Positions 1 through 9,703 of a stretch of 64,000 nucleotides of DNA are shown here, one piece after another. Numbering within the stretch: position 1 is the first letter of the stretch; every line of letters starts with the position of its first letter. Under the pieces are notes generated by a model, which saw nothing but the letters and a program-made list of their open reading frames with translations, made no database searches and had not been told where the DNA came from. The stretch is from an uncultured Clostridia bacterium (GTDB lineage: Bacteria; Bacillota; Clostridia; TANB77; CAG-508). The DNA lies in the NCBI GenBank assembly GCA_963558395.1, contig CAUWGE010000001.1, positions 5,148 through 69,147 of the forward strand, in the 5' to 3' direction. Made by a program: the position numbers and the translations under genes.

Positions 1-352
1 CTTTTTGTACATTTTCATATCTATACATTGGCATGTGATACCAAAATTTTATAGGTGATGGCTCTGATGCTAGACCATTTTCTATATATGCTCTTACAAC
101 ACCTGCTGTTCCTTCTGGCCTTAATGCTATTTTTCTTCCACCCTTATCTTCAAAACAATACATTTCTTTTTGAACAACATCAGTGCCTTCTCCAACACCT
201 CTTTCAAATAAGTCTAAGCTTTCTATTACTGGTACCCTTATTTCATTATATCCATAATTTTCAAATAAACTAGTTGCTACATTTTCAACATATTTCCATG
301 TGTTACTTTCTTTTCCAAGAATGTCTCTTGTTCCTTTTAATTTTTGTATCAT
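1..352 (-). CDS. hisS: histidine--tRNA ligase, N-terminal part (continues beyond window edge)
   Basis: Absent from the ORF track because there is no stop in the window. Reverse-strand ATG at 350-352 gives MIQKLKGTRDILGKESNTWKYVENVATSLFENYGYNEIRVPVIESLDLFERGVGEGTDVVQKEMY...LRPEGTAGVVRAY, a typical class-II HisRS N-terminus. Confidence 0.85.
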   Translation of the reverse strand, partial: MIQKLKGTRDILGKESNTWKYVENVATSLFENYGYNEIRVPVIESLDLFERGVGEGTDVVQKEMYCFEDKGGRKIALRPEGTAGVVRAYIENGLASEPSPIKFWYHMPMYRYENVQK

Positions 353-391
353 ATTTTACTTAAGATATAAAATATCTTCCTCCTTTTAAAT

Positions 392-2584
392 TTATTTATT
401 TCTTTTTATTTCATAAACACTGTCTACTTTTCCTAGTTCTCTTTGTACTTTTGTTAAATCTGATATATCTTTTACTTCTAATGTTAATTCTAAAAGTGCA
501 ATTTTATCCTTACTTGCTTTTGCAGAAACCGCTACAAGTTTTGCGTCTGAATTATCCACTACTTTTATAACATCAGCTAAAAGTCCTGCTCTATCATTTG
601 CAAAAATATTTATATCTACATTGTATGAAGCTGATTTTTGTTCATCCCAGTAAACATCTATTATTCTTCCTTCATCTTCTAATAGGTCTTTTACATTTTT
701 ACAATTTTTTCTATGAATTGTAACTCCTCTTCCTCTTGTTATATATCCAATTATTTCATCACCTGGAACTGGACTACAACATTTGGACATCCTTACTAAG
801 CAATTATCTATCCCTTTAACAATAATTCCTGTTTTAGAAGGTTTTGGTCTTTGAGTTACTTGAAGTGCTTCTATCTTCTTCTCAATGTTTTCTTCTTGAT
901 GATATTTTCTATATTCTTCTAATGTTCTTGTTATAATTTTGTTGGCAGTTATACTACCAAATCCTACTGCTGCATACATGTCTTCTAAGTTTTTAAATCC
1001 ATATCTTTGAAGAGCTTGATTATAATATTTTTGTACAAAAATCTCTTCTTCTGCCATTCCAATTCTTTTAATTTCTTTTTCTATTAAGTCTTTACCTTTT
1101 ACAATATTTTGTTGTTTTTCATTTTTCTTAAACCATTGTTGAATTTTTGTTTTTGCAGATGTACTTTGTACGAATTTTAACCAGTCTCTACTTGGACCTT
1201 TGCTATTGTCGTTTGTTATAATATCTACAATATCTCCACTTTTTAGTTTGGTTATTATAGGCATCATTTTACTATTTATTTTGCAACCTACCATCTTATT
1301 TCCAACTTCTGCATGAATTGTGTATGCAAAATCAATTGGTGTACTTCCTTTTGGTAATGTCTTAATTTCTCCTTTTGGAGTAAATACATATACTTCATCC
1401 TCAAATAATTCTGTTTTAAGAGTCTTCAAAAATTCTTGTGGATCTTGCATATCTTTTTGCCATTCTAAGCTTTCTCTTAGCCATGCAAGCTTGTCTTCTG
1501 TAACTACTACACTTTCCTTTTTTCCTTTTAAAAAACTAGACTCTTTATATGCCCAATGTGCTGCAATACCAAACTCTGCTATTCTATGCATATTATATGT
1601 TCTTATTTGAACTTCAAATGGCGTTCCATTTGGACCAATTAAAGTTGTATGGAGTGATTGATACATATTAGGCTTTGGAACAGATATATAGTCTTTAAAT
1701 CTTCCTGGCATTGGAGTATAAAGCTCATGAACTACGCCTAGAGCTGCATAACAATCTTTTACTGAATTAACTAAAATTCTTAATGCAAACAAATCATAAA
1801 TCTGGTCTAACGTTTTATTATCCCTTTGCATTTTTCTATAAATCGAATATAAATGCTTTGCTCTTCCTGTAATCTCTGCTTCAATTTTTTCCTTTTTTAG
1901 GTTTACTTTTATTTCATCATTTATCTTATCAATAAATTTTAATCTTTCTTCTCTTTTTTTATCAATTCCTTCAACAAGTTCTCTATATTCTTCTGGATAT
2001 AAATATTTAAAGGCTAAATCCTCTAATTCCCATTTTAAAGAATATACACCTAGTCTATTTGCAAGTGGTGCATATAACTCCATTGTTTCTTTAGCATTGG
2101 CTATTTGCCTATCTCTTGAAAGAAATTTAAGAGTTCTCATATTATGAAGTCTATCTGAAAGCTTTATTAAAATGACTCTTATATCTTTTCCCATTGCTAA
2201 GAACATTTTTCTGTAATTTTCAACTTGCTGTTCTTCTGCACTTACATAATTTATTTTTCCAAGTTTAGTTACCCCATTTACCATTTCAGCAATTTCTAAA
2301 CTAAATTCTTTTGTGATGTCTTCTATTGTAACATCTGTATCTTCTGCTAAATCATGCATAAGTGCTGCACAAATTGTTGCATCATCTAATCCTAATGTAG
2401 ATAATATATATGCTACTTGAAGTGGATGAATAATATATGGCTCTCCTGATTTTCTCTTTTGGTCTCCATGATGATCAAGTGCATAATTATAAGCTTTCAT
2501 TATTAGTTTTGCATCTGCTTTTTTATTATGCTTTTTCATTTCTGCAATTATATCTTTTATACCCATTTCTTTAATTTCTGACAT
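392..2584 (-). CDS. relA: bifunctional (p)ppGpp synthetase/hydrolase (RelA/SpoT family)
   Basis: 730 aa. HD hydrolase motif (HPLQVA...HDLAEDT), synthetase core (RFKDYISVPKPNMYQSLHTT), and C-terminal TGS and ACT regions. Confidence 0.95.
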   Translation of the reverse strand: MSEIKEMGIKDIIAEMKKHNKKADAKLIMKAYNYALDHHGDQKRKSGEPYIIHPLQVAYILSTLGLDDATICAALMHDLAEDTDVTIEDITKEFSLEIAEMVNGVTKLGKINYVSAEEQQVENYRKMFLAMGKDIRVILIKLSDRLHNMRTLKFLSRDRQIANAKETMELYAPLANRLGVYSLKWELEDLAFKYLYPEEYRELVEGIDKKREERLKFIDKINDEIKVNLKKEKIEAEITGRAKHLYSIYRKMQRDNKTLDQIYDLFALRILVNSVKDCYAALGVVHELYTPMPGRFKDYISVPKPNMYQSLHTTLIGPNGTPFEVQIRTYNMHRIAEFGIAAHWAYKESSFLKGKKESVVVTEDKLAWLRESLEWQKDMQDPQEFLKTLKTELFEDEVYVFTPKGEIKTLPKGSTPIDFAYTIHAEVGNKMVGCKINSKMMPIITKLKSGDIVDIITNDNSKGPSRDWLKFVQSTSAKTKIQQWFKKNEKQQNIVKGKDLIEKEIKRIGMAEEEIFVQKYYNQALQRYGFKNLEDMYAAVGFGSITANKIITRTLEEYRKYHQEENIEKKIEALQVTQRPKPSKTGIIVKGIDNCLVRMSKCCSPVPGDEIIGYITRGRGVTIHRKNCKNVKDLLEDEGRIIDVYWDEQKSASYNVDINIFANDRAGLLADVIKVVDNSDAKLVAVSAKASKDKIALLELTLEVKDISDLTKVQRELGKVDSVYEIKRNK

Positions 2585-2610
2585 ATATTTTCCCCCTTTA
2601 GCATATTAAT

Positions 2611-4294
2611 TTATTCCACACTAACTCTTAAATCTTTTAGTACTACTTGAATATTTTCTAAGTCTTTAAATCTATTTACAGTTATATTTCCAACTACATC
2701 AATCTTGTCCCCAATTTGATATTTATTTGCATATTCTCCCATATTAAATCCGATTGCGTCAATATAAGTATTTCCATCTGCAAGCATTAATTTCAAGTGT
2801 TTTCCTTCTGAAAGAGTTCTAATTGCGACTATCTTAAGGTTTTTATATAAAATTATTGGCATTGCATTTCCTTCACCAAATGGTTCTAGTTTCTTTATTT
2901 CGTCAATTTCATTTATTGAAGTATTTTCACTTGTTATAACTGTATCAATTAAAATTTCTGGTTTTAAATCTTCTATATTTTTTTCTTCTACATATTTTTC
3001 TAATTTTTCTTTAAATTCTTTTATATCTTTTTTCTTTAGACTAAGACCTATTGCCATACTATGTCCGTCCAAATGCGGTTAAATAATCTTTGCATTTTCC
3101 TACTGCTTCGTGTAAGTCAAATCCTGGTATACTCCTTCCAGAGCCTTTAGCATCTTCCCCTTCTATACATATTAGTATGCTTGGTTTATATGTAAGTTCT
3201 GTTATTTTTGAAGATACAATTCCTATAACTCCATGATGCCATCCTTCTTCTGCTAAAACAACGCACTTTTTATCTCTGTTTTCTTCTAAATCTGATAGGG
3301 CTTTATTTAGAATATCTTTTTCTATTTCTTGTCTTTTTTTATTATATTCTTCTATTTTAGTAGCTAGTCTTCTTGCTTCTATTGGATCATCAGTTAAAAA
3401 AAGAGCTAATGCATCTTCTTGATGTCCCATTCTTCCGCATGCATTTATTCTAGGCGAAATTCCAAATGAAACAGCAGTAGAGTCAAGCTTTTTTAGCCCC
3501 GCTGTTTCCATTAGTATCTTTAGTCCAATATTTCTAGTTACCTCTAATAATAATAGTCCTAAATAGGCAATCACTCTATTTTCGTCTATTAATGGTACTA
3601 TATCTGAAATCGTTCCTATACAAGCTATATCTATATATTTAAGCCATTCGTTTTCCTCTATCCCTAATTTTATACTTATTCCCTGAATTAATTTAAAAGC
3701 TACTCCACATCCTGCAAGTTGGTTAAATGGATATTTATTATCTTTCCTTTTTGCATCAACTACTGCAACTGCTTTTGGAAGTTCTTCTGGAACCTCATGA
3801 TGGTCTGTTATTATGACATCTAGTCCTAATTTTTTTGCAAGTTCAACCTCTTTTATCCCAGTTATTCCACAATCTACGGTAATAATTAAATTATATCCTT
3901 CTTTCGCAATTTCTTTTATTGCTTCTTCATTTAATCCATATCCTTCATCTAGTCTATTTGGAATATATGCTCCAACTTCAATATTTCTATCTCTAAAATA
4001 TCTCTTTAAAATTGTTGTACTGGTAATTCCGTCTGCATCATAGTCTCCATATATTACTATTTTTTCATTTTTTTCTATTGCAAGTAATATTCTTTCTACT
4101 GCTTTTTCCATGTCTGGAAGATCAAAAGGATTATGAAAATCCTTTCTTGTTGGCTTCAAGAAAATTTTTATTTCGCTATCTGTCAAATTATTTTCTGCTA
4201 ATTTTTGTGCTACAATACGTGTTAAATTGAAGTCTTTCATTATTTGCTCAGTTCTTTTTTCGTCACATTTTTTTATTTTCCATTCTTTGTTCAT
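2611..4294 (-). CDS. recJ: single-stranded-DNA exonuclease RecJ; frame broken at in-frame CGG 3065-3067 (ORFs 3059..4294 and 2611..3072)
   Basis: DHH motifs DYDADGITS and ITDHH lie in the 411-aa ORF. The 153-aa ORF continues the family sequence. The junction reads TTT GGA CGG ACA TAG; skipping one base gives FGGHSMAIGL, the RecJ GGH..A.G motif. Confidence 0.85.
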
Positions 4295-4358
4295 ATTCGC
4301 TCCTATTTTTATTTTATACTATTGTAACTCATTTTTCCTCATTTTTCAATACATTTTA

Positions 4359-5069
4359 TTATTCTGTAAACTCCAAACATTGCTCTAAATAAAGTTTTGC
4401 TATAAGTTCTAGTTCTTTTTTATTCTCATCTGAAAGGTCGAACGAAAAAATTTTCTTTGGGTCTGATAAAATAATGTATCTAAGTGCCTTTAATGTTGTT
4501 TTAGAAATTTGAATTGCACCCTTATCTAATCTTGCACACGTCTCACATTTTATTCCGCTATCTTTCAAACTAAAATGTGTTATATTATCTATTTTTTTGC
4601 AATTTATACATCTATCTAATATGGGCCTTAACCCTAAAATACTTAAAAGCCTTATTTTAAATATAGCATATATAAATTCCATGTCTTTATCTGATTCGGC
4701 AAGCATATATATTGTATTTAAAGTAAGTTGCAAGATTCTATATGTGTTTTGATTTTCGTCTGTAACGGAATTTACTAATTTTGCTACTTTTGAAGCATAC
4801 ATTAATTTATCTATATCTAGTCTTAATTTATAAAATATTTCAATTGGCTCACACGAATTTATGTGATAACTGCCTGCTCCCTTATATATTAAAAAATCCC
4901 CAAAACACAAAAATTGAGTACCTGCCATCAGTGTACTCTTAGGTCTTCTTGCCCCTTTTGCTGCACAACCTATTTTACCTAGGTCAGGGGTAAGAATGGT
5001 GACCATTTTATCATAGTCACCCATATTATTTTGCATTAAAATTAATCCTTTCGTTTTTATAAGTCCCAT
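4359..5069 (-). CDS. recO: DNA repair protein RecO
   Basis: 236 aa. N-terminal OB-fold pattern (KTKGLIL...DYDKMVTILT...GKIGCAAKGARRPKS) and a C-terminal Cys-rich zinc motif (CINC...CETC). Sits in the conserved position after era. Confidence 0.9.
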   Translation of the reverse strand: MGLIKTKGLILMQNNMGDYDKMVTILTPDLGKIGCAAKGARRPKSTLMAGTQFLCFGDFLIYKGAGSYHINSCEPIEIFYKLRLDIDKLMYASKVAKLVNSVTDENQNTYRILQLTLNTIYMLAESDKDMEFIYAIFKIRLLSILGLRPILDRCINCKKIDNITHFSLKDSGIKCETCARLDKGAIQISKTTLKALRYIILSDPKKIFSFDLSDENKKELELIAKLYLEQCLEFTE

Positions 5070-5233
5070 ATTTTATTCTTCTCAATTTCTTGTTCATAGT
5101 TTTGTTCAAATTTTGGTTCTTTTATGTTGTTACTTTCTATATTGTTCATAGTTTTATCTACTTCTAATAATTCCAACATAGTATCTATATTTCCTGTTGT
5201 TTTAAAGGTATTCCAAGCAATTTGTTTTAACAT
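5057..5233 (-). CDS. YqzL-family small protein (58 aa, below ORF-track cutoff)
   Basis: Hand translation: MLKQIAWNTFKTTGNIDTMLELLEVDKTMNN... The W..F..TGNIDTYL.. pattern and the era-recO intergenic position match YqzL-like proteins. Confidence 0.55.
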   Translation of the reverse strand: MLKQIAWNTFKTTGNIDTMLELLEVDKTMNNIESNNIKEPKFEQNYEQEIEKNKIWDL

Positions 5234-5252
5234 ACGCCTCTTTTCCTTTCTT

Positions 5253-6149
5253 TTAATCTTCTGCTTTAAATTTTTTTACTATGCTCTCATCATCAATCCA
5301 GCCTTCTTTTACTTTTACCCAAAGTTTTAAGTTAACCTTCGTGTCTAATATTTTTTCTAAGTCTTCACGAGCATATGTACCAATTTTTTTTAGCATAGTT
5401 CCACTTTTCCCTATTATTATGCCCTTATGTGAATTTCTTAAACAAAAAATAGTAGCTTCTATATCGTAAATTTTTTCCATTTCTTTTGTTTTTCTCATTT
5501 TCATCTTTGTTGCTTGAACAAAAATCCCATGAGGAACCTCATCTTGCAATAGTTTTAGTGCTTTTTCTCTTATTGTTTCTTCTGCTAACTGTCTTAATGT
5601 TTGGTCTGTATATTCGTCTTCACTATAATATGCAGGACCTTCTTCTAAGTTGTTTCTAATCTCCATAATAATTTCTTCAATGTTTTTATTTTTTGTTACT
5701 GACACTGGAAGTATGGCTTTAAAATCATATAAGTTTTTATATGTATCTATAAGTTCTGCTACTTTTTTCGCATCTACTAAATCAATTTTATTTATTATTA
5801 AAATCGTTTTTTTATTACTTTGTTTGATTTTCTCAATTGTTTTTTCATCAATTCTTTTTTCTTTTGCATCTATTACATATAAAACAATATCTACATCTGG
5901 AATTGAACTTATTGCATTTTCTACCATTGTATTTCCAAGTTTTGATTTTGGTTTATGAATACCTGGAGTATCTAATATTATAATTTGTAAATTTTCTCTG
6001 TTTATTATTCCTTTTATCCTAGTCCTTGTTGTTTGTGGTTTATTTGCAATAGCAGATACTTTTTCTCCCACTAAACTATTTATTATACTAGATTTTCCAA
6101 CATTTGTTCTACCAATTACAGTTACAAATCCAGATTTAAATTCTTCCAT
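5253..6149 (-). CDS. era: GTPase Era
   Basis: G1 GRTNVGKSS, G3 DTPG, G4 NKID, and a C-terminal KH domain. Confidence 0.95.
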   Translation of the reverse strand: MEEFKSGFVTVIGRTNVGKSSIINSLVGEKVSAIANKPQTTRTRIKGIINRENLQIIILDTPGIHKPKSKLGNTMVENAISSIPDVDIVLYVIDAKEKRIDEKTIEKIKQSNKKTILIINKIDLVDAKKVAELIDTYKNLYDFKAILPVSVTKNKNIEEIIMEIRNNLEEGPAYYSEDEYTDQTLRQLAEETIREKALKLLQDEVPHGIFVQATKMKMRKTKEMEKIYDIEATIFCLRNSHKGIIIGKSGTMLKKIGTYAREDLEKILDTKVNLKLWVKVKEGWIDDESIVKKFKAED

Positions 6150-6164
6150 TTTTTCTCCTTTTTA

Positions 6165-7211
6165 CTACTCTATAACTACATTTGCATTTATAGGACATAT
6201 TTGCACAAAAGTATTTCCATCATTAACTTCTATTTCATTACCTTCTAAATCTTTATATATAGTTTTTGAACTTCTTGTAGTCTTTTCACATTTAATCTTT
6301 ATAGCTTTTCCATTTGTAATATAATATCCATCTTTTTTTCCGATTGTAGTCATAGTTTGTCTACCTTTATTTTCACCATCATTTAAAGTTGAATTTGCTA
6401 TAAATTCAATAATTATATTTTTTGTTGTTACAACTTCATTTGTTGACCAATCTGTTTGCTTTTTAGATTTTGATGATCTTTCATATCTTTTAGTATCAGA
6501 ATTATAATCCCATTTAACTATATTATAATCTGAATATGGTATTTTTACACTAGCTGCATTAATTTCACTTTCTAGTTCCACTTCTTCTGTTACATAATTT
6601 AAAATACTCTTGCTAGAGCTTGTTGTTCTATATCCTTTTTTCTTAGCTATATTTAAAATCTTTTCTGAAGAAGTTGCTACATTGTGTGGTGCTTTTTTAT
6701 CCTTAGTTCTCCAAAAATCCGATGTTTTTTCTGAAATTCCATTTATATTGTTTACATTAAGTGATGATATATCAGATTGTGCTTGAGGACTCCAACCATA
6801 GTGTACATAAATTGCATCATTTTCTAAAGCATAATCTAAGAAATAATGTCTAGCACTTCTTACAGGCCCTATTTTAGATACATTTGCTCCTTTAAATAAA
6901 GCCATTAATCTTGACTCTCCACCTTCTGCTATAAGCTCATACACCATATATGCATCATTAAGTCCGCCTTGAGGCATAGCATCTTTATTATTATCAATCA
7001 TTACAGCAATTGGTCTATCATTTCCTTTAAATGTTTTTACTTTTGGAAGTTCTGCTACAATGGTATTTGTATTTTCTTCTCCTGTAACTTCATCTGTTCC
7101 TAAAAAAGTACTATTGTCTTTACTACTTCTGACATATAAAATAGCCGCACATATACCTATTACAATTATTAACAAAGCTGATATTATTATCCAAATTCTT
7201 TTTTTATTCAT
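6165..7211 (-). CDS. DUF3048 (YerB-like) secreted/membrane-anchored protein
   Basis: N-terminal TM/signal anchor. RPIAVMIDNNKDAMPQGGLNDAYMVYELIAEGGESRLMALF is the characteristic DUF3048 core. Confidence 0.75.
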   Translation of the reverse strand: MNKKRIWIIISALLIIVIGICAAILYVRSSKDNSTFLGTDEVTGEENTNTIVAELPKVKTFKGNDRPIAVMIDNNKDAMPQGGLNDAYMVYELIAEGGESRLMALFKGANVSKIGPVRSARHYFLDYALENDAIYVHYGWSPQAQSDISSLNVNNINGISEKTSDFWRTKDKKAPHNVATSSEKILNIAKKKGYRTTSSSKSILNYVTEEVELESEINAASVKIPYSDYNIVKWDYNSDTKRYERSSKSKKQTDWSTNEVVTTKNIIIEFIANSTLNDGENKGRQTMTTIGKKDGYYITNGKAIKIKCEKTTRSSKTIYKDLEGNEIEVNDGNTFVQICPINANVVIE

Positions 7212-7230
7212 ACATATCTCTCCACAAACT

Positions 7231-7995
7231 CTATATTCTTAATAGTGTTAATCCAAATATCATAAGTACTATCAAAGGCCCCATAAAAGCTCCAAATATT
7301 ACTTCTCCAAAACTTCTTGTATCATTAATTCTGTTTCCTGCAACTAAAATTGACAAACCTAAGCTTAAGCAAAATACTACTGGATTTTTTGTGTTAATCC
7401 AAATTGCTGTAAGTATTGCAAAAGCTAATGCAGTTTGCCCACTTGGTATAAAAACCTTTTGTGTGGGATTTTTCTGTTTTTTATAATTTGCAATTGTTTT
7501 AACTGCAACAATCGCAATAACAGTTATAATTAATCCTACAAATATCAAATGGGTTGGATCTGAAATCATTGAACTAAATAAGCTTTCTCCCATATGTGTT
7601 AATTCCGTTTCTCTAAAGAATAAAAAATAAGCTACTACAATTGCATTACAAGCAGTTAGTACTACTGCTCCTGCTGCTACATCTTTTGCAATTTTTGCTT
7701 TTGGATGATATACATCTACTAATAAATCTACCAGTGTTTCTATTGCTGTATTTACCATTTCGGCAAATATGACAAAAAACACTGCAAAAGTTAAGCATAA
7801 AAATTCTGCTGTTGTAAAATTATAAAATAGACTCAAAATCATAATTATTACGCCAATTATTAACTGCTTTTTTACATTACTTTGTGTTGTTGCTGCATAT
7901 ATAATTCCATTTACTGCATTATTGCAAGCCTCTATAAAGTTATGATTATAGAGCCTTTCATCTTTTTTCTTCATTACGATTTTCATTCCTTTCAT
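7231..7995 (-). CDS. dgkA: diacylglycerol/undecaprenol kinase (DgkA family) fused to a degenerate PAP2-like membrane domain
   Basis: The N-terminal ~120 aa match the DgkA pattern (NAVNGIIYA...EMVNTAIE..VD...H..AK.AKD.AAGAV). The C-terminal half has a PSGQ / NR.....S...V arrangement resembling PAP2 motifs C2/C3 without the histidines. Confidence 0.75.
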   Translation of the reverse strand: MKGMKIVMKKKDERLYNHNFIEACNNAVNGIIYAATTQSNVKKQLIIGVIIMILSLFYNFTTAEFLCLTFAVFFVIFAEMVNTAIETLVDLLVDVYHPKAKIAKDVAAGAVVLTACNAIVVAYFLFFRETELTHMGESLFSSMISDPTHLIFVGLIITVIAIVAVKTIANYKKQKNPTQKVFIPSGQTALAFAILTAIWINTKNPVVFCLSLGLSILVAGNRINDTRSFGEVIFGAFMGPLIVLMIFGLTLLRI

Positions 7996-8010
7996 CTATG
8001 ACTAAAAATT

Positions 8011-8490
8011 TCATTCTCTTGTTATATGAAGTTCATTTAATATTTCATCTTCTTTTTTTCTCATTTCCGTCTTATCTACTTCTATCATATGGTCATACCC
8101 CATAAGATGATAAAATCCATGTACTACCATATATGCAAGTTCTCTTTCAAAGCTATGTCCATATTCTACCGACTGCTCTTTTACTCTTGGAATTGATATT
8201 ATTAAGTCTCCTAAAACATCTTTTACTTCGTAATCTTCACTTATTAAAGATTGAATCTCATCTTTCTCAAACATTGGAAAAGAAAGAACATCTGTCTCTT
8301 TGTCAATTTCTCTATATTTTTTATTGTACTCTCTAATTATATTAGGTACAGTTAAAGTTATACTAATGTATAACTTTAACTTATCTAAATTTTCATGTTT
8401 GAAACAAGAATCTACTACTTTTTGTATTATCTTTTTATATTCTTCATTTGGCTCAATCTGGTCATATTGTAACTCAAGATGCTGCTCCAT
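8011..8490 (-). CDS. ybeY: rRNA maturation endoribonuclease YbeY
   Basis: Zinc motif HGFYHLMGYDH. Conserved neighbourhood with dgkA and era. Confidence 0.92.
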   Translation of the reverse strand: MEQHLELQYDQIEPNEEYKKIIQKVVDSCFKHENLDKLKLYISITLTVPNIIREYNKKYREIDKETDVLSFPMFEKDEIQSLISEDYEVKDVLGDLIISIPRVKEQSVEYGHSFERELAYMVVHGFYHLMGYDHMIEVDKTEMRKKEDEILNELHITRE

Positions 8491-9691
8491 CTCTTACTTC
8501 CTTTCTAATTCTATCTCTTACCAACTTATATTTACCTGTTTTAGCATTATTTTTTACTGGTCTCATATCACCTAAATTAACTAATCTATTTCTATAAAAT
8601 TGTAAAATTCTATAATATTTATCATTATATTTCTCTAATATTTTCATATCTTCTCTAATATATAGTATTTGTTTTTTTATCTCATAATTTTTTATACCAT
8701 TATCTTTTGCCGCTTCTAGCTTTTTACGTTTTTCTGCAAGTTTAGCATATGCATTTTTTTGTTCTGGCTTGTCCCAATATATTTTTACAGCTAATAATTT
8801 ATTATTGTATTGTTCAAACATTCTTAACAATAATTGATATGCATTTTCCCTTTTTCTTGCTATTTTTGTATCTACAATTAAGTTTCTTGTATCTTTTAGT
8901 AATTTTATGTAGCACTTTTCTGCAACAACTAGTGGTAGGCTATGAACAAATAATTTTCTACTAATTCCTATTAAAATCATCCTTTTATCTAAAATATCTA
9001 CTTGGTCTAATTTTCCAACTTCATAGGTTTCAAACAAACTGCATTGTTTTATTAACTCTGGATCTTCAATATTTTTTAATGGAATTAAATTTATAACATA
9101 ATCTTCTAGTGTATCAAAAATTTTATTGTACAATTCTTCTTTTTGCATTGGTGTAGCTTTTTCTGATAGTTTCATCGAATAATGTTTTAATAATCTTTTA
9201 AAGATTTGTTCCATCTCATATAAGTATAGTTTAGTATAGCTATTTTCTAATTTGTTTTTTCTGCTTTCCTTAACATTATTGTAGTCTAATTCCAATAAGT
9301 ACTTTTGTTTTCTTAATTTATACTCTAACTCATCTGTTTCTTTTAAGTGTATAACATTGTAGTATTTTGAAAGAGCATCCTTTTCAAATTCTGAAGCTGA
9401 ACCTGCTTTTACTCTTTTATAAATTGTATCCATAACATGTTGATCTACTGATTCTAAATATAAAATATAGCTTTCTTCAAACTTTTTGTTAAAAATTTCT
9501 TTTTTATTATCATCTTTACAGTCTTCAATTTGTACATAATTTTTTAAAACAGCATTTCTTTTCATGCTAATTAATATATTATTTATTCCTGTTTTTGTAG
9601 GAGTTAATATTTTTGAAAAAGTATTACTCAATTTTGAAAAAAATGTCTTTTTTGTATCATAAACTCTTAAACTTTTTTCTCTTGCTTCCAT
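8474..9691 (-). CDS. hypothetical protein (~405 aa, predicted helical, no recognisable motif)
   Basis: Long ORF. AGGTGG Shine-Dalgarno 5 nt before the ATG at 9689-9691. Overlaps the ybeY start by 17 nt (likely translational coupling). No family recognised. Confidence 0.6.
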   Translation of the reverse strand: MEAREKSLRVYDTKKTFFSKLSNTFSKILTPTKTGINNILISMKRNAVLKNYVQIEDCKDDNKKEIFNKKFEESYILYLESVDQHVMDTIYKRVKAGSASEFEKDALSKYYNVIHLKETDELEYKLRKQKYLLELDYNNVKESRKNKLENSYTKLYLYEMEQIFKRLLKHYSMKLSEKATPMQKEELYNKIFDTLEDYVINLIPLKNIEDPELIKQCSLFETYEVGKLDQVDILDKRMILIGISRKLFVHSLPLVVAEKCYIKLLKDTRNLIVDTKIARKRENAYQLLLRMFEQYNNKLLAVKIYWDKPEQKNAYAKLAEKRKKLEAAKDNGIKNYEIKKQILYIREDMKILEKYNDKYYRILQFYRNRLVNLGDMRPVKNNAKTGKYKLVRDRIRKEVRDGAAS

Positions 9692-9703
9692 ATATACCAC
9701 CTT

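Noticed and set aside
55-273. 72-aa plus-strand ORF at the window start
   Set aside because: It is antisense to the clearly recognisable hisS N-terminus. The sequence is low-complexity and L/F-rich, typical of shadow ORFs in AT-rich DNA.
353-391. Absence of a T-box leader upstream of hisS and aspS, and separation of hisS from aspS
   Set aside because: The relA-hisS and dtd-aspS spacers (39 and 70 nt) are too short for a leader. This is a synteny curiosity, and the window alone gives no evidence of anything beyond operon rearrangement.
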